A stretch of DNA of 64,000 bases from Balanoglossus misakiensis. Its lineage: Eukaryota; Animalia; Hemichordata. Location: assembly GCA_040954595.2 (NCBI GenBank), contig CM082589.2:5203086-5267085 (forward strand), in the 5' to 3' direction. This document shows positions 37,101 to 46,482 of the stretch, piece by piece. The stretch's first letter is position 1; each line of letters starts with the position of its first letter. The translations under genes were made by a program, and so were the position numbers. The notes below the pieces were generated by a model, which had not been told where the DNA came from, ran no database searches, and was given only the letters and a program-made list of their open reading frames with translations.

Positions 37101-40100
37101 ATCAGGTAAATTCCGACATTATTGTCAAATATTTTTCCGGGTATTTTTTATTGGTCTGTAAGTTCTTACATATATATGGGAACCACATGTTTCTGTAATT
37201 GGACTATTAGGCGAGTTTGTATCTTTGGTCAAATTCATACAAGGTATACAGACATTGATTTTATATGAAGTTGTGCTTCATCATATGGGTATATCTGTAT
37301 AACAATGTATTTTTTTATAGTCTGTATGAATGTTTGATGTGTGTTTAGTGATTTGTAAATCTGACAAAATCTGTTTTAAGACTTGGCCATCCAACTCTCC
37401 AGGTGCAAACAGTTAAACATATTTTTCCTGTTTTTACAATTACAGACAGTACCAAGAAACACACATCACCAAATCCAACAATGGAAATGTTGTTGCAATC
37501 GCACGTGAAGGCCAACGACCAGGAGCCGATGAAACAGATTCCGTCACCAGCGACGGCCATGGACGGAGTGCAAATGGCGACACCGGACAAGTCCTCCGAC
37601 AGCGAGGAGAAGAACGGTTACTCCGACGACCCGCCCCCGATGTTGCGGATCGACTGGGAGATCGGCGGCGAGGACGAAGAAGAAGAAGAAGATGAGGAGG
37701 GCACCTCCGACACGACAGTGGTGATCACAACTTCGAAGAACAGTCCACCGGTCGTGCTGGTGTCTCAGATGGCGTACAGTGTTCTGAAGCCAGACGCTCA
37801 CCTGTCGATGGACCGGCTGGCGTACTTGAACCTGCCGGCCAGCCGGGACACAGTCTGGGTGTCGTCGTTGCGTCCGACCATGCAGAGCAGCATGACCAAC
37901 GAGGTGAAGAGCGTTTTCTACCGACAGTGGACGGAGCCGAAGAACTATCACTATGACTACGAGAGGAAGGTGGACGCCACCACGCAGATGGCTCATCTGC
38001 CGAGGAGACTGCTCCTCTGTGGACCACACCAGGTCAGTGACGATATTTTCCCACTTCACTGTCACCTTCAGCAAGTGAGATATAGCGCAGATGTGACATT
38101 ACTAAATCGGCTTGCTGACACTGTGCTTGAAAGTTTTTCGTACAATGCTAGATCTTTCAAAACACTATTGTCATCGTTTGCCGGTATTGTGCTTTATGAA
38201 TTATTTTATTGATTATGAATATGCTACTGGGGCTTAAAAGGGATTTCAACTGCAGTATTAGACTGAAGGCTTAATTTAACAGTTCAAACCCTTAAATTAT
38301 GTTCTCTAACTGTATATTCTAACTGTCGTTTCCTTGCCAGGTTGGCAAGACAGGCGCTTTCCTGCACTTTGCCAGAGTCCTATCCCGGATGTTGATCCGT
38401 CTGCAGGAAGTCGAAGTGTACGACGAGGAGGAAGTGAATATGGAAGGCTCTTCCAGTATCTTACAGCCGCCCCAGAGTCCCACGGCCAAATGGCCGGATT
38501 TCGAACTGATCAGTCAGATGCCATTCGACGCGGCCATACACCAAAGGAAGTTGAGTTTATGCAGTCCCATTTGTGGAACCAACATGAAACCAAAAGGTAA
38601 ATCAAGAAGATTTCAAATTATTATTTTTAGGTCCCATTTGGTTATGTATATATACCATGGGACCTTATGGAATCATTTGCGTCTGTATGTATGGATGGAT
38701 GGATGTTTTAATTTGATGGCAGACTTGGCCCTTTCCTTTGATAATCACCACTGGACTGAAATATCGTGAAACCTTCAGGATATGAGTATAAAAGATGTGA
38801 CATGTTAGACGGTCCCTAATGTTTGTAACAGTACAGGTTTGAAAAGTTTTCATACAAGGCCTGTCTTGGATGCAACTGCAACTAGCAATGTGAGTGTATC
38901 ACCCACAATCTTTGGACTCCTATTAATCCATTGATCCATAAATCCATCCATTGTAAGTAGTGGCGTGAGTGCAGGTATCTCCGGTCTCTTTCCCCCTTTT
39001 CACCCTTACGGAAGTAATCTGATGCTACTTGGGGTTCGTCCACTTTGCTTTTTAGCATAGTGAGCATGTTCACTTCTTGAAGGAATGTTGGAAATAGCGT
39101 TGGTTTTTAATAAAAAGCCATGACGAGATTGAACAGACCCACTTCAGCATCATGGCCCTTTTGACCCCGAGTCTGTATACAGAATGTCAAATGGCATAAC
39201 CTGGAATTTGAATGGACAATGTGATACCAGGCAAATGCACATAGACCAGCATACTGTAGTCCTACACTGTGGAGTTCTCAGGTTTAGACAATGTGTTTGT
39301 GTGTTCTGCTGTCATGTGACATCATCAGTTTCAGTTGCGTACCCACGCCACGTACTATAGGCAGCCGAGCATGAAAGAGTCGTGCAGCCATTGAATGTAA
39401 AAATGAGAATGTTGTATACTGTGAATGATGGCATTGTGATCCACTCAGAATGTTTATGGATGTCGTTGTTTCCAGGTGAGGAAGAGAAGGTGGAGAGACC
39501 GACCACATCGATGATGATGTCACAATATAGTGCACACAATGCATTCCATCACTGTGAACAGTGCCAACACTACAAAGACATTCCAGTCTCTGAGGTAAGA
39601 GTCGACACTGGGGGCGCTTTTTATGGTGCGATTCAGCATTTTCTGGTTTCCTGAAAAATACTGCTGCTGAGATCTGTATGAGCTATGCTATACATGGCTG
39701 TCATGACCATAGTATCAATCAATCAGTCTGATCGACAAATATGCTTTTCCTGTTTGTTTGTTTATTAGGCTCAACACGCAAAGACACATCTTTTCACATT
39801 TACATCTGCCATCTACGGAGAGGACTTAGAAATGCAGTTTGTAATCCCACCGCAGCAAGAGAAACACTTTGTGTTCAACCACAGCACAGGTCAGCTTGAA
39901 AGCATGCTGCTACCACTCATTAATGAAAAGGTCAGTCAACAGGTGAATGAACTCCATGAATTCTGTAGTTTTAGCTTTTTATTTTCTTTTCTCTTTGTTA
40001 TATTGTGTATGATAACACACATTCATTGATTCTTTCGTACATGTACATACATACATACATACATACATACATACATACATACATACATACATACATACAT

Positions 40101-43100
40101 ACATACATACATACATACATACATACATACATACATACATAAATACATACATACATACATACATACATACATACATACATACATACATACATACATACAT
40201 ACATACATACATACATACATACATACCGGTACACACACACACACACATGTATACAAACACACATATTCACGCACACACACATTCATACAAATACTAATAG
40301 ACTCAGCAGAATAGTAAATGTGAAACCTTGGCATTTGGTGTGTAGACATTGCGAATGAGATTGTGTTCAAGTACATGCATGTGCTGGTATAAACAAACAC
40401 AAAAGTAGTCATTGATGGATGTAAAACTGTATACGAAAATGATTTTTTGTGAAAAGTTGTAACTGTGTATGGATGTGTTTCAGGGTCCAAACGCCATCAA
40501 GACTCCCATCTTCACGCCAACCAGCGGTCGTCATGAACACGGTCTGATCAACTTATTCCACGCCATGGGTGGTGCAAAGCATCTGCACATCCTCGTGGTG
40601 AAACAGAGTGAAATGGCTCTGTATAAGAAGCAATGGCCGAATCACATCCTGCTTGTCCTACCAGCTGTAGCCAATGACACAGGAGTAGGTTAGTATTGAA
40701 GGGCTTTCTGTGAAATACTGATTTGAAATTATATTTAAATTTAGAAAACTTCATTTGGCACTCTGCAGTGAATTTCCCTGTCAGTTACACTGGCCTGTCA
40801 GTTACACTGGTGTCAGTTACACTGGCCTTCACAACATAACATCAGTTGTTACACTTGCAGAGACAGTTGTTTGAGATAGTAAATGTTTGTGAAGAAAGAC
40901 TGCAGACAATATATTTCTGTCAACATGTTTAATTGCAGCCCCTTCCCCCACCCCTTTGTCAGAGTGGAATCCCCCAAATATTGTTGCAAAGTGGTACAAC
41001 CCTTCAATTAATGCCATCTTGGATGAAACACTGTAACCTTCCATTCGGCATACACACGCCCACATTCTCAGTCTCACTAACACCCCCTTGTCATTGCAGG
41101 AGCTGCCCGCTTCTTCATCAAAGAACTGGCGTACCACAATCTGGAGTTGGAGCGCAACAGACAACAGGAACTGGGAGTGCGAAGACAAGACGTGTGGCCG
41201 TTCATTCTGATGTTGGACGACTCCTGTGTCATGTGGCATTGCCATGATGGCGGTAAAGTTGAAGATGGGTAAGTTAACAGTATAAGCAACCTACTGCCGT
41301 AACGCTGTACGTTTTGAACTTAATGACAACTGACTCAATCATGTTTCAATGAACAGAACAATGCAGTTTAATGTAAGTAGCCTATCAAGAGAAACTACAA
41401 CTATCAAAATAATGTCAAATATGTTGAGTCTTGAACTCATTCTCTGTTTAATGATCTTCAATTCCCACAACAGCAAAGATACCTTGGTCACACTGAAACA
41501 AGTAGTGGAGCACATCGAATCAACTCCCAAGCTATCCAACTTTGGCATGTTCGGTATCCGTCAATGGACCAGCAAGAATTCCATGGATACATTAGAGCAG
41601 AACTTCTCCCGATGTCACCTGCATAACATGGTCTTTATCAACGTCAATCTGACCAAGAGTGTACAGTATGATCAAAACAGGTGAGAAATTGATTGGTTTT
41701 ATTTCATGTTGGACAAGTCAAAGCTTTACCTTAGCTTTAGTCAATGTAAAAAATACCTGTCTATTGAGGGCACCTCTGGGATCAGAAAATCTGTCATGAT
41801 ATAGAGATGTCCTTAATAGACAGGTAATGTTATTTTTGTCTTGAAAAATCTGTCCTTATTACTGGAGAGTTGTCTTGATTAAAGAGGTGTCCGTAATCAT
41901 GTGTTGCACTGTGTATATTTGATGTAGGATTTTTTGGAGTTAGGGTATGATAGTGATTGTTCATAATCAGTGTACTGTTGTCTGTTGCAGGTATTTCTGC
42001 GAGGACGTGGATTTCAACATGAGAATCAACAGCTGCGGCTACGTCATATGCCGCTTCAATCAGTTCTCGGTCATGAAGAAACACATCAACGTCGGGGGCC
42101 AGAAGGAGTTCCCCATCCAGCCCAAGTCCGGATCCACCCCTCTGTCCCCGCCGCATTTCGTGTGCGCCCCCGACAGCGAAGACATGACGGCGCTGATGGG
42201 CACCCCGCAGTATCTGCTGGAGAAGTACCTGGCGTGCGTCAGTGCTGAGAAGCTGTTCCCGTCAGCCGGGAATTTCCCACAGTATCCGGTGTTGGTGGTG
42301 GATCACTACATCAACCTGGGACCGTCAATAACTGGTAAGTATAGTGCCAGATTTTTCTACGTCTAACTGTTTGGTGTACCATTAGAGAGACATTTCCCTT
42401 TTTTACATAAGTAGTATAGAGAATGAATAGCTTCCATATTTGCAACAGAGCTTAGCTGACATCACCACACAAAAAAACCTTAACAGCACATTACAGACCC
42501 TTATGTACACATTATAGCATTGTCACAAAATATGGTCAATGCATTTTATGAGGACATTGTGTGGTGCCCTCTACGGCGAATTTGTATTCAGCTTTTGTTT
42601 TTGGTGTATTGTAACGAGCAGACTGTTTTGTTTTTGTTTTTCAGTTCATTATGCCAGCTCCAAGCCACATTCCAGCAACTTAAATGGAAGTAATCTGCGT
42701 TTCAGTGGACTCCTGTTGTACATGGTTGACACATTCGTCATGGCAGATTTCCTCAAGCAATTTAAGTTTACATCTGGTGAGTATTACGGAAGTTGGCACG
42801 ATTTATGATCATGATTTTAGGTGGGCCAAGCATGCATTAAGTGACAACTTGTAAAGCTTTGTTAGAAAGTAGAATAGTTTGACAAAGATTTTATGCCATT
42901 TAACACGATGGGCAGTATATGTTGTTTTGCCTGTATCACAGTGTTGTCTGTCCTATAAAGTGCTTATAGCCAGCCAAGATCTTTCATGACACGCGATTAT
43001 TTTTATGTTATTGACAGGTGCTAAGTTGTGCCTTATCAGTCCAGACAGAAACACTCTTCGCCGACAAGTGGTGCGTCTGGAATTGGAGGATCAGTGGCGT

Positions 43101-43184
43101 TTCCGACTCCGAGACGAGTTCCAGACTGCAAACAGCGCTGAGGACAAGCCGCTGTTCTTGCTGACAGGAACTCACGTGGAGTAA
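25023..43184 (+). CDS. GREB1L: GREB1/GREB1-like protein, 28 coding exons, about 1,941 aa
   Basis: N-terminus [27 protein letters not shown]...PVFSQLYL. Internal blocks GFCQAG...[83 protein letters not shown] and [15 protein letters not shown]-terminus [20 protein letters not shown]. All are recognisable GREB1-family blocks. Exon lengths sum to 5,826 nt with consistent phases. It is probably a co-orthologue of vertebrate GREB1 and GREB1L. Confidence 0.96.
25540..25821 (+). CDS. GREB1L: GREB1-like exon 2 (Pro/His/Gln-rich)
   Basis: AG/GT, phase 1-1; ends VPTQGCQEV. Confidence 0.85.
26351..26527 (+). CDS. GREB1L: GREB1-like exon 3
   Basis: [11 protein letters not shown]...[17 protein letters not shown]. 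Confidence 0.92.
26894..27008. repeat. (CTGTA/CTGCA)n pentanucleotide microsatellite
   Basis: Visible 5-bp period just upstream of the exon 4 acceptor. Confidence 0.9.
27031..27207 (+). CDS. GREB1L: GREB1-like exon 4
   Basis: [17 protein letters not shown]...GEPIDWK. Confidence 0.93.
28161..28189. repeat. (TG)n microsatellite
   Basis: About 14 perfect units. Confidence 0.9.
28283..28534 (+). CDS. GREB1L: GREB1-like exon 5 (NAGNAG acceptor, alternative start 28280; contains NLS-like PLKKRPR)
   Basis: Phase 1-1, donor GTAAGA. Confidence 0.78.
28608..28672. mobile_element. Fragment of a dispersed repeat or MITE, homologous to 41845-41900 in reverse orientation
   Basis: attacgaacaccactctaatcagaacacctctctattaaggacagatttttcaag aligns to the reverse complement of 41848-41899. 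Confidence 0.55.
30791..31102 (+). CDS. GREB1L: GREB1-like exon 6
   Basis: [27 protein letters not shown]...ITIQYLVQL. Confidence 0.9.
31579..31769 (+). CDS. GREB1L: GREB1-like exon 7
   Basis: VPSREELD...[12 protein letters not shown]. Confidence 0.9.
31875..31965. mobile_element. About 83-bp piggyBac-like MITE, copy 2
   Basis: TTAA|CCCTTT...ATGGG|TTAA; shares atggtttggtccaaa and tcctctac with the reverse complement of copy 1. Confidence 0.65.
32181..32316 (+). CDS. GREB1L: GREB1-like exon 8
   Basis: GSLAEGMNE...YVVVIH...FCVIVS. Confidence 0.88.
32493..32621 (+). CDS. GREB1L: GREB1-like exon 9
   Basis: QARVLLES...[11 protein letters not shown]. Confidence 0.88.
32782..32919 (+). CDS. GREB1L: GREB1-like exon 10
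   Basis: AG/GT, phase 1-1; LNDDALLD...VFLPY. Confidence 0.83.
32944..33000. repeat. (CACAY)n pentanucleotide microsatellite
   Basis: cacat/cacac units. Confidence 0.85.
33614..33700 (+). CDS. GREB1L: GREB1-like exon 11
   Basis: tttcag acceptor, GTAAG donor, symmetric phase 1; low conservation. Confidence 0.6.
   Translation, partial: SPLPEWTLPHYSGKVGRPNLLMPLWMNH
34013..34210 (+). CDS. GREB1L: GREB1-like exon 12
   Basis: FKLHPVQ...[10 protein letters not shown]...[10 protein letters not shown]. Confidence 0.9.
34415..34598 (+). CDS. GREB1L: GREB1-like exon 13
   Basis: GLLVDLGLE...[14 protein letters not shown]. Confidence 0.9.
34927..35095 (+). CDS. GREB1L: GREB1-like exon 14
   Basis: GLADRYINC...LQVT...PHNEV. 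Confidence 0.88.
35313..35449 (+). CDS. GREB1L: GREB1-like exon 15
   Basis: VYFGLQDY...[10 protein letters not shown]. Confidence 0.88.
35712..36051 (+). CDS. GREB1L: GREB1-like exon 16
   Basis: [18 protein letters not shown]...[15 protein letters not shown]...LGLQYRF. Confidence 0.92.
36354..36466 (+). CDS. GREB1L: GREB1-like exon 17
   Basis: [20 protein letters not shown]...GETWP; absent from the ORF track but required by phase. Confidence 0.88.
36780..37105 (+). CDS. GREB1L: GREB1-like exon 18
   Basis: SLRYADLRL...EQEIGL followed by an acidic/Pro tract. Confidence 0.9.
37446..38032 (+). CDS. GREB1L: GREB1-like exon 19
   Basis: Acidic linker, then WVSSLRP...FYRQWT...[11 protein letters not shown]. 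Confidence 0.9.
38341..38596 (+). CDS. GREB1L: GREB1-like exon 20
   Basis: [10 protein letters not shown]...[17 protein letters not shown]...KWPD...MPFD. Confidence 0.92.
39476..39594 (+). CDS. GREB1L: GREB1-like exon 21
   Basis: [18 protein letters not shown]. Confidence 0.9.
39769..39930 (+). CDS. GREB1L: GREB1-like exon 22
   Basis: [13 protein letters not shown]...QLESMLLPL. Confidence 0.9.
40044..40247. repeat. (TACA)n tetranucleotide microsatellite (about 45 units) followed by (CA)n
   Basis: Near-perfect array with one interruption; it is the source of the spurious MYVC ORFs. Confidence 0.95.
40484..40688 (+). CDS. GREB1L: GREB1-like exon 23
   Basis: [16 protein letters not shown]...[10 protein letters not shown]. 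Confidence 0.93.
40779..40827. repeat. Three copies of a 15-17 bp unit tgtcagttacactgg(cc)
   Basis: Direct inspection. Confidence 0.85.
41100..41268 (+). CDS. GREB1L: GREB1-like exon 24 (glycosyltransferase DD motif)
   Basis: [16 protein letters not shown]...[15 protein letters not shown]; absent from the ORF track. Confidence 0.92.
41474..41680 (+). CDS. GREB1L: GREB1-like exon 25
   Basis: HIESTP...FSRCHLHN...VQYDQN. Confidence 0.9.
41755..41900. mobile_element. Foldback MITE-like element (pogo/Tc1-mariner-like end sequence)
   Basis: acctgtctattgagggcacctct (starts 41755) and agagatgtccttaatagacaggt (ends 41825) form a 20/23 inverted repeat; the tail is shared with 28608-28672. The superfamily assignment is tentative. 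Confidence 0.55.
41991..42334 (+). CDS. GREB1L: GREB1-like exon 26
   Basis: FCEDVDFN...[16 protein letters not shown]...QYLLEKYL...PVL..D.YINLG. Confidence 0.92.
42645..42776 (+). CDS. GREB1L: GREB1-like exon 27
   Basis: YASSKPHS...FSGLLLY..D.FV...FLKQFKF. Confidence 0.9.
43018..43184 (+). CDS. GREB1L: GREB1-like exon 28 (terminal, TAA at 43182-43184)
   Basis: [55 protein letters not shown]. Confidence 0.93.
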
Positions 43185-46000
43185 ACATAAACCAAACAAA
43201 TGTACAGCCAGATTTTGTCGAAAAGCGAGAAATTTTGTGAGAATTCGTTCACAATGCTGACGTTTGTAGAATTAGCATCCTAACCTGCAGTGCCTCGTAT
43301 ATCACTGTACACCTAGGGAGTCTGTTTTACAGACAAACGGGTTGACCAATCAGAGACAAGTATTTCAGGTCACTGCAGGTCAGCCAGAAATAGCCCACTA
43401 TTGCCGCAGAGCATTTTCATTTCATTTTTATGGCAAATGTATGTGTCAGTTTGCCAGTTGAAATTTTGAAGCATTTAGCATTTAACAAACATTCGCACAA
43501 CAGTCAGCTGTCAATTTTGAGGTAAATATCTACTTCGTATAATGTCATTCCCTTTTCTGTGAATTTTTTTAAATTATGCAGGTGTTTGCGCTGGAAATGA
43601 ATAGGTGATATTAAAAGAAAATGTTAATGTTTGGAACACCCTTAATTTCAGAACAAAAAAAGCGTAATTCTTTTTTTTTAATTAAAAAGTGTTTAAATGA
43701 ATGGGATGGGGGTGAAGATTGAAAATCTGATATTTACAAGCAGTTGAAGCTGAGCCGTTCAAAAAGAGTACATTTTGAAAATTTTGTCATGAAGAGATTT
43801 TTGTGTTTTTTATTTCATTAATTTTTGGTGTACTGTATTTTAAATACCCTGGATGGATAAACTGCCTACTGCATTGATATGATGTTCCTTTGTTTTAATG
43901 CCTGGTTAGGAAATCACAAAATCACAAAAAATGCAGCTTTCAGGACCTTGTTGAATTCAGAAAGCCACCAAAAATAGTTCACAAACTGAACTTTTAATTT
44001 CACATTTCAAAATAGAGATTTTTTACCTGAAAAAATGATGGACATCATACTTTGTGATCTAGCCTTAACCCCATAGGTATTGCTTTTTGCTTTTACAGTA
44101 AGAATGGTTCTTCATCATTTTTGTGACATTTCAGTTTAAACGAAAACTGTCCTGATATTTTACTTGCTAACATAAGCGTGAGAATTCCTTCACAAGATTC
44201 CTTCACATATGTTAGTGCGACCCAGCAACTGTGTATGGCGGCGTAGAGAAATTCAAATTATATATTATGCAAATATGGGATGATTTAATCAAATTGGGAT
44301 GTTGGCAGGTGTTTAGATAATGTAGTTTTAAACGTCAGGAAGAAAAGATAATGACTTCTGTGGTGAATATTAACTTTGGTTCGCTTTGTTACGACGAATA
44401 TTCATTGAAAAAACTGAAGAGCAATAATAGTGAAATTATTTGCCTGTACTTATAAGAATTGTAAAGGATGTATGATTTCAGACTTAGTGTGAAATCTTGA
44501 CTCTTGACTACCAGTAGAATTCAGAAATACTTTATGTGAATCAGACATATGGTGTCATATGCAGATTTGAGGTTAATAATAGTAATAATTGTACTAATGC
44601 TAAATTTATCATATATGTTGTCCTAACTTCACGAGATTTCATTTTTTACAACATCATGATTATCTCATGTTGCCTAGACAACAGCACAGTTATTTCTTGT
44701 TGTCGAGGCAACTTCAAAATTATTCCTGATGTCTGGACAGCAAGATTTTCATGGTTAATTCATTTTTTGAACATCATGATTATTGTGTGTTAACCTGCCT
44801 GACAACAGCATGGTTATTTCACATTTTAAATTTCTGTCATGGATCTTTCACAGCAGAACGTAATTCAAACCTCCCACAAACAGCAGCAGTTGCAATTGAT
44901 TGATTGATTTTGCTGTTTGTAATTATTCGCGATATCAAAATTTATGAAATCATGATAATGGGGAGATATCTGTGTGAAATCATATTTTAATTATTATGAA
45001 TTAATTGTGACCATTTGTTGACTGTGATCATGATTTCAAAACTGGTGATGGCATGAATATAGAATGGGTTTTAATCAATCAATATGTCCAAGACATCCCA
45101 CCATTTGTCCACACCCTACACCCCTCTTTCCAAGACTATGGGGCTATACCAAATTGACAGTTCAGAGAGTGTGAGAGCAATTTTTCATTCCTGTTTGCCA
45201 GCATACTGTAGTCATAAAACTGCAAATATTGTTTCAGTATTGGGAGTACATGTTTGATGTATAACATACTTCTTATTTGTAGTGTATTCACGGAATAAGG
45301 TGGTGTTATTTGCTAACAAGGTATAGAATTATAATTGGATTTCGGTAGGATGTTGTTTTTTCCTCCTGTGATCAGAGCAAAGAAATTTGTGTTTTTGGGG
45401 ATGTTTAGATGTACACATATTAATTTTCAAAATGTCAGTGTATTTTTCATAGATGACAGACTTCTGCACCAAAACACTTTGAATGTTTTAGTGTGTCAGT
45501 TGAAATTTTATTTCATGCAACTTGAGGAAAGTATAAAACTAGCAGGATGGAGGGGACGGTCTTACCTTTGAGTGGTCTAGTCTACAATTAAGTAGGGAAA
45601 CAATCAAGACTCTACCATAGTGCACCTACTCGTAGGGGGTGTAGGTAAATTTCAGATGGTATAAGAAATTAGTATCAATTATTTCAACTCTTCAGAGTCA
45701 ATGGTGGCGCTTTTATTCAGCCAATCAGTGAAAAGATTGGAGCTAGATTTTTAAGTATATTTGTATTGAGGGCTTTCATTGGCTTACAGGCATTTCAAAA
45801 GTATTGTAAAATTAATATAGCTTCAGGCAAATACCTATAGTTCTGTGACCCTTTTCTTTGTAGGCTATAATTGAATATTTACAAATTTAATTGCAATGCT
45901 AATTGATAAAAAAGAGTACAAGATTTCCTGCAAGTTAATATTTTTATTTTTACTAATTTGTACTAAGTATCTGTGTATTAGTAATATGGGGTTTGTAGAA

Positions 46001-46006
46001 AATAAA
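46001..46006 (+). terminator. Candidate polyadenylation signal of the GREB1-like gene
   Basis: AATAAA after a long AT-rich 3' region, followed 20-70 nt later by a GT-rich tract. Confidence 0.35.
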
Positions 46007-46482
46007 ATGTAAACCAGCAATTCTTTGTGTAAATTGTTATTTGTGTGGTTGTGTTGGAGGTTGCCGCTGGTTTTATTTGTGGCCAGAGTCAAAACAAAAT
46101 CCTTCAATTCAGCTACTTCCATACTTAGGCACCAGACAAACCTGTCTTGTTACCTTTTGATAAGCAAATATGGAAATATAAGAAAATATGGCCGTCTTTC
46201 CAAGAAGAGGACCTAAGTGAATGCGGAGATAGTGTCTACCCCACAGGCATAGTTACCATTAATCATATAAGCGCTCAATTTCTTTGTAGTTTACATTCTT
46301 CTGTCTCTTTCAAAGACAAAAGTACCCTCGGCTTGTCCTATTCGCTATGAAAATCCATCATTCGATATTAGTGTGTCTTTCCTTTATCTTGCAGACCGTT
46401 AATCACTGGGGAGTTTGATTCTTTCGGTCCTCTTTGTGTTCTGACAGTTCTCTACAGTTCGATAACACATGATTGATTCTAC

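Noticed and set aside
37544-38074. Long antisense ORFs over GREB1-like exons (also 25481-25945, 35745-36114, 40829-41245)
   Set aside because: They are shadows of GC3-rich coding exons.
39979-40490. MYVC-repeat ORFs (also the YCT- and VCVC-rich ORFs at 26820-27061 and 28057-28391)
   Set aside because: They are translations of microsatellites.
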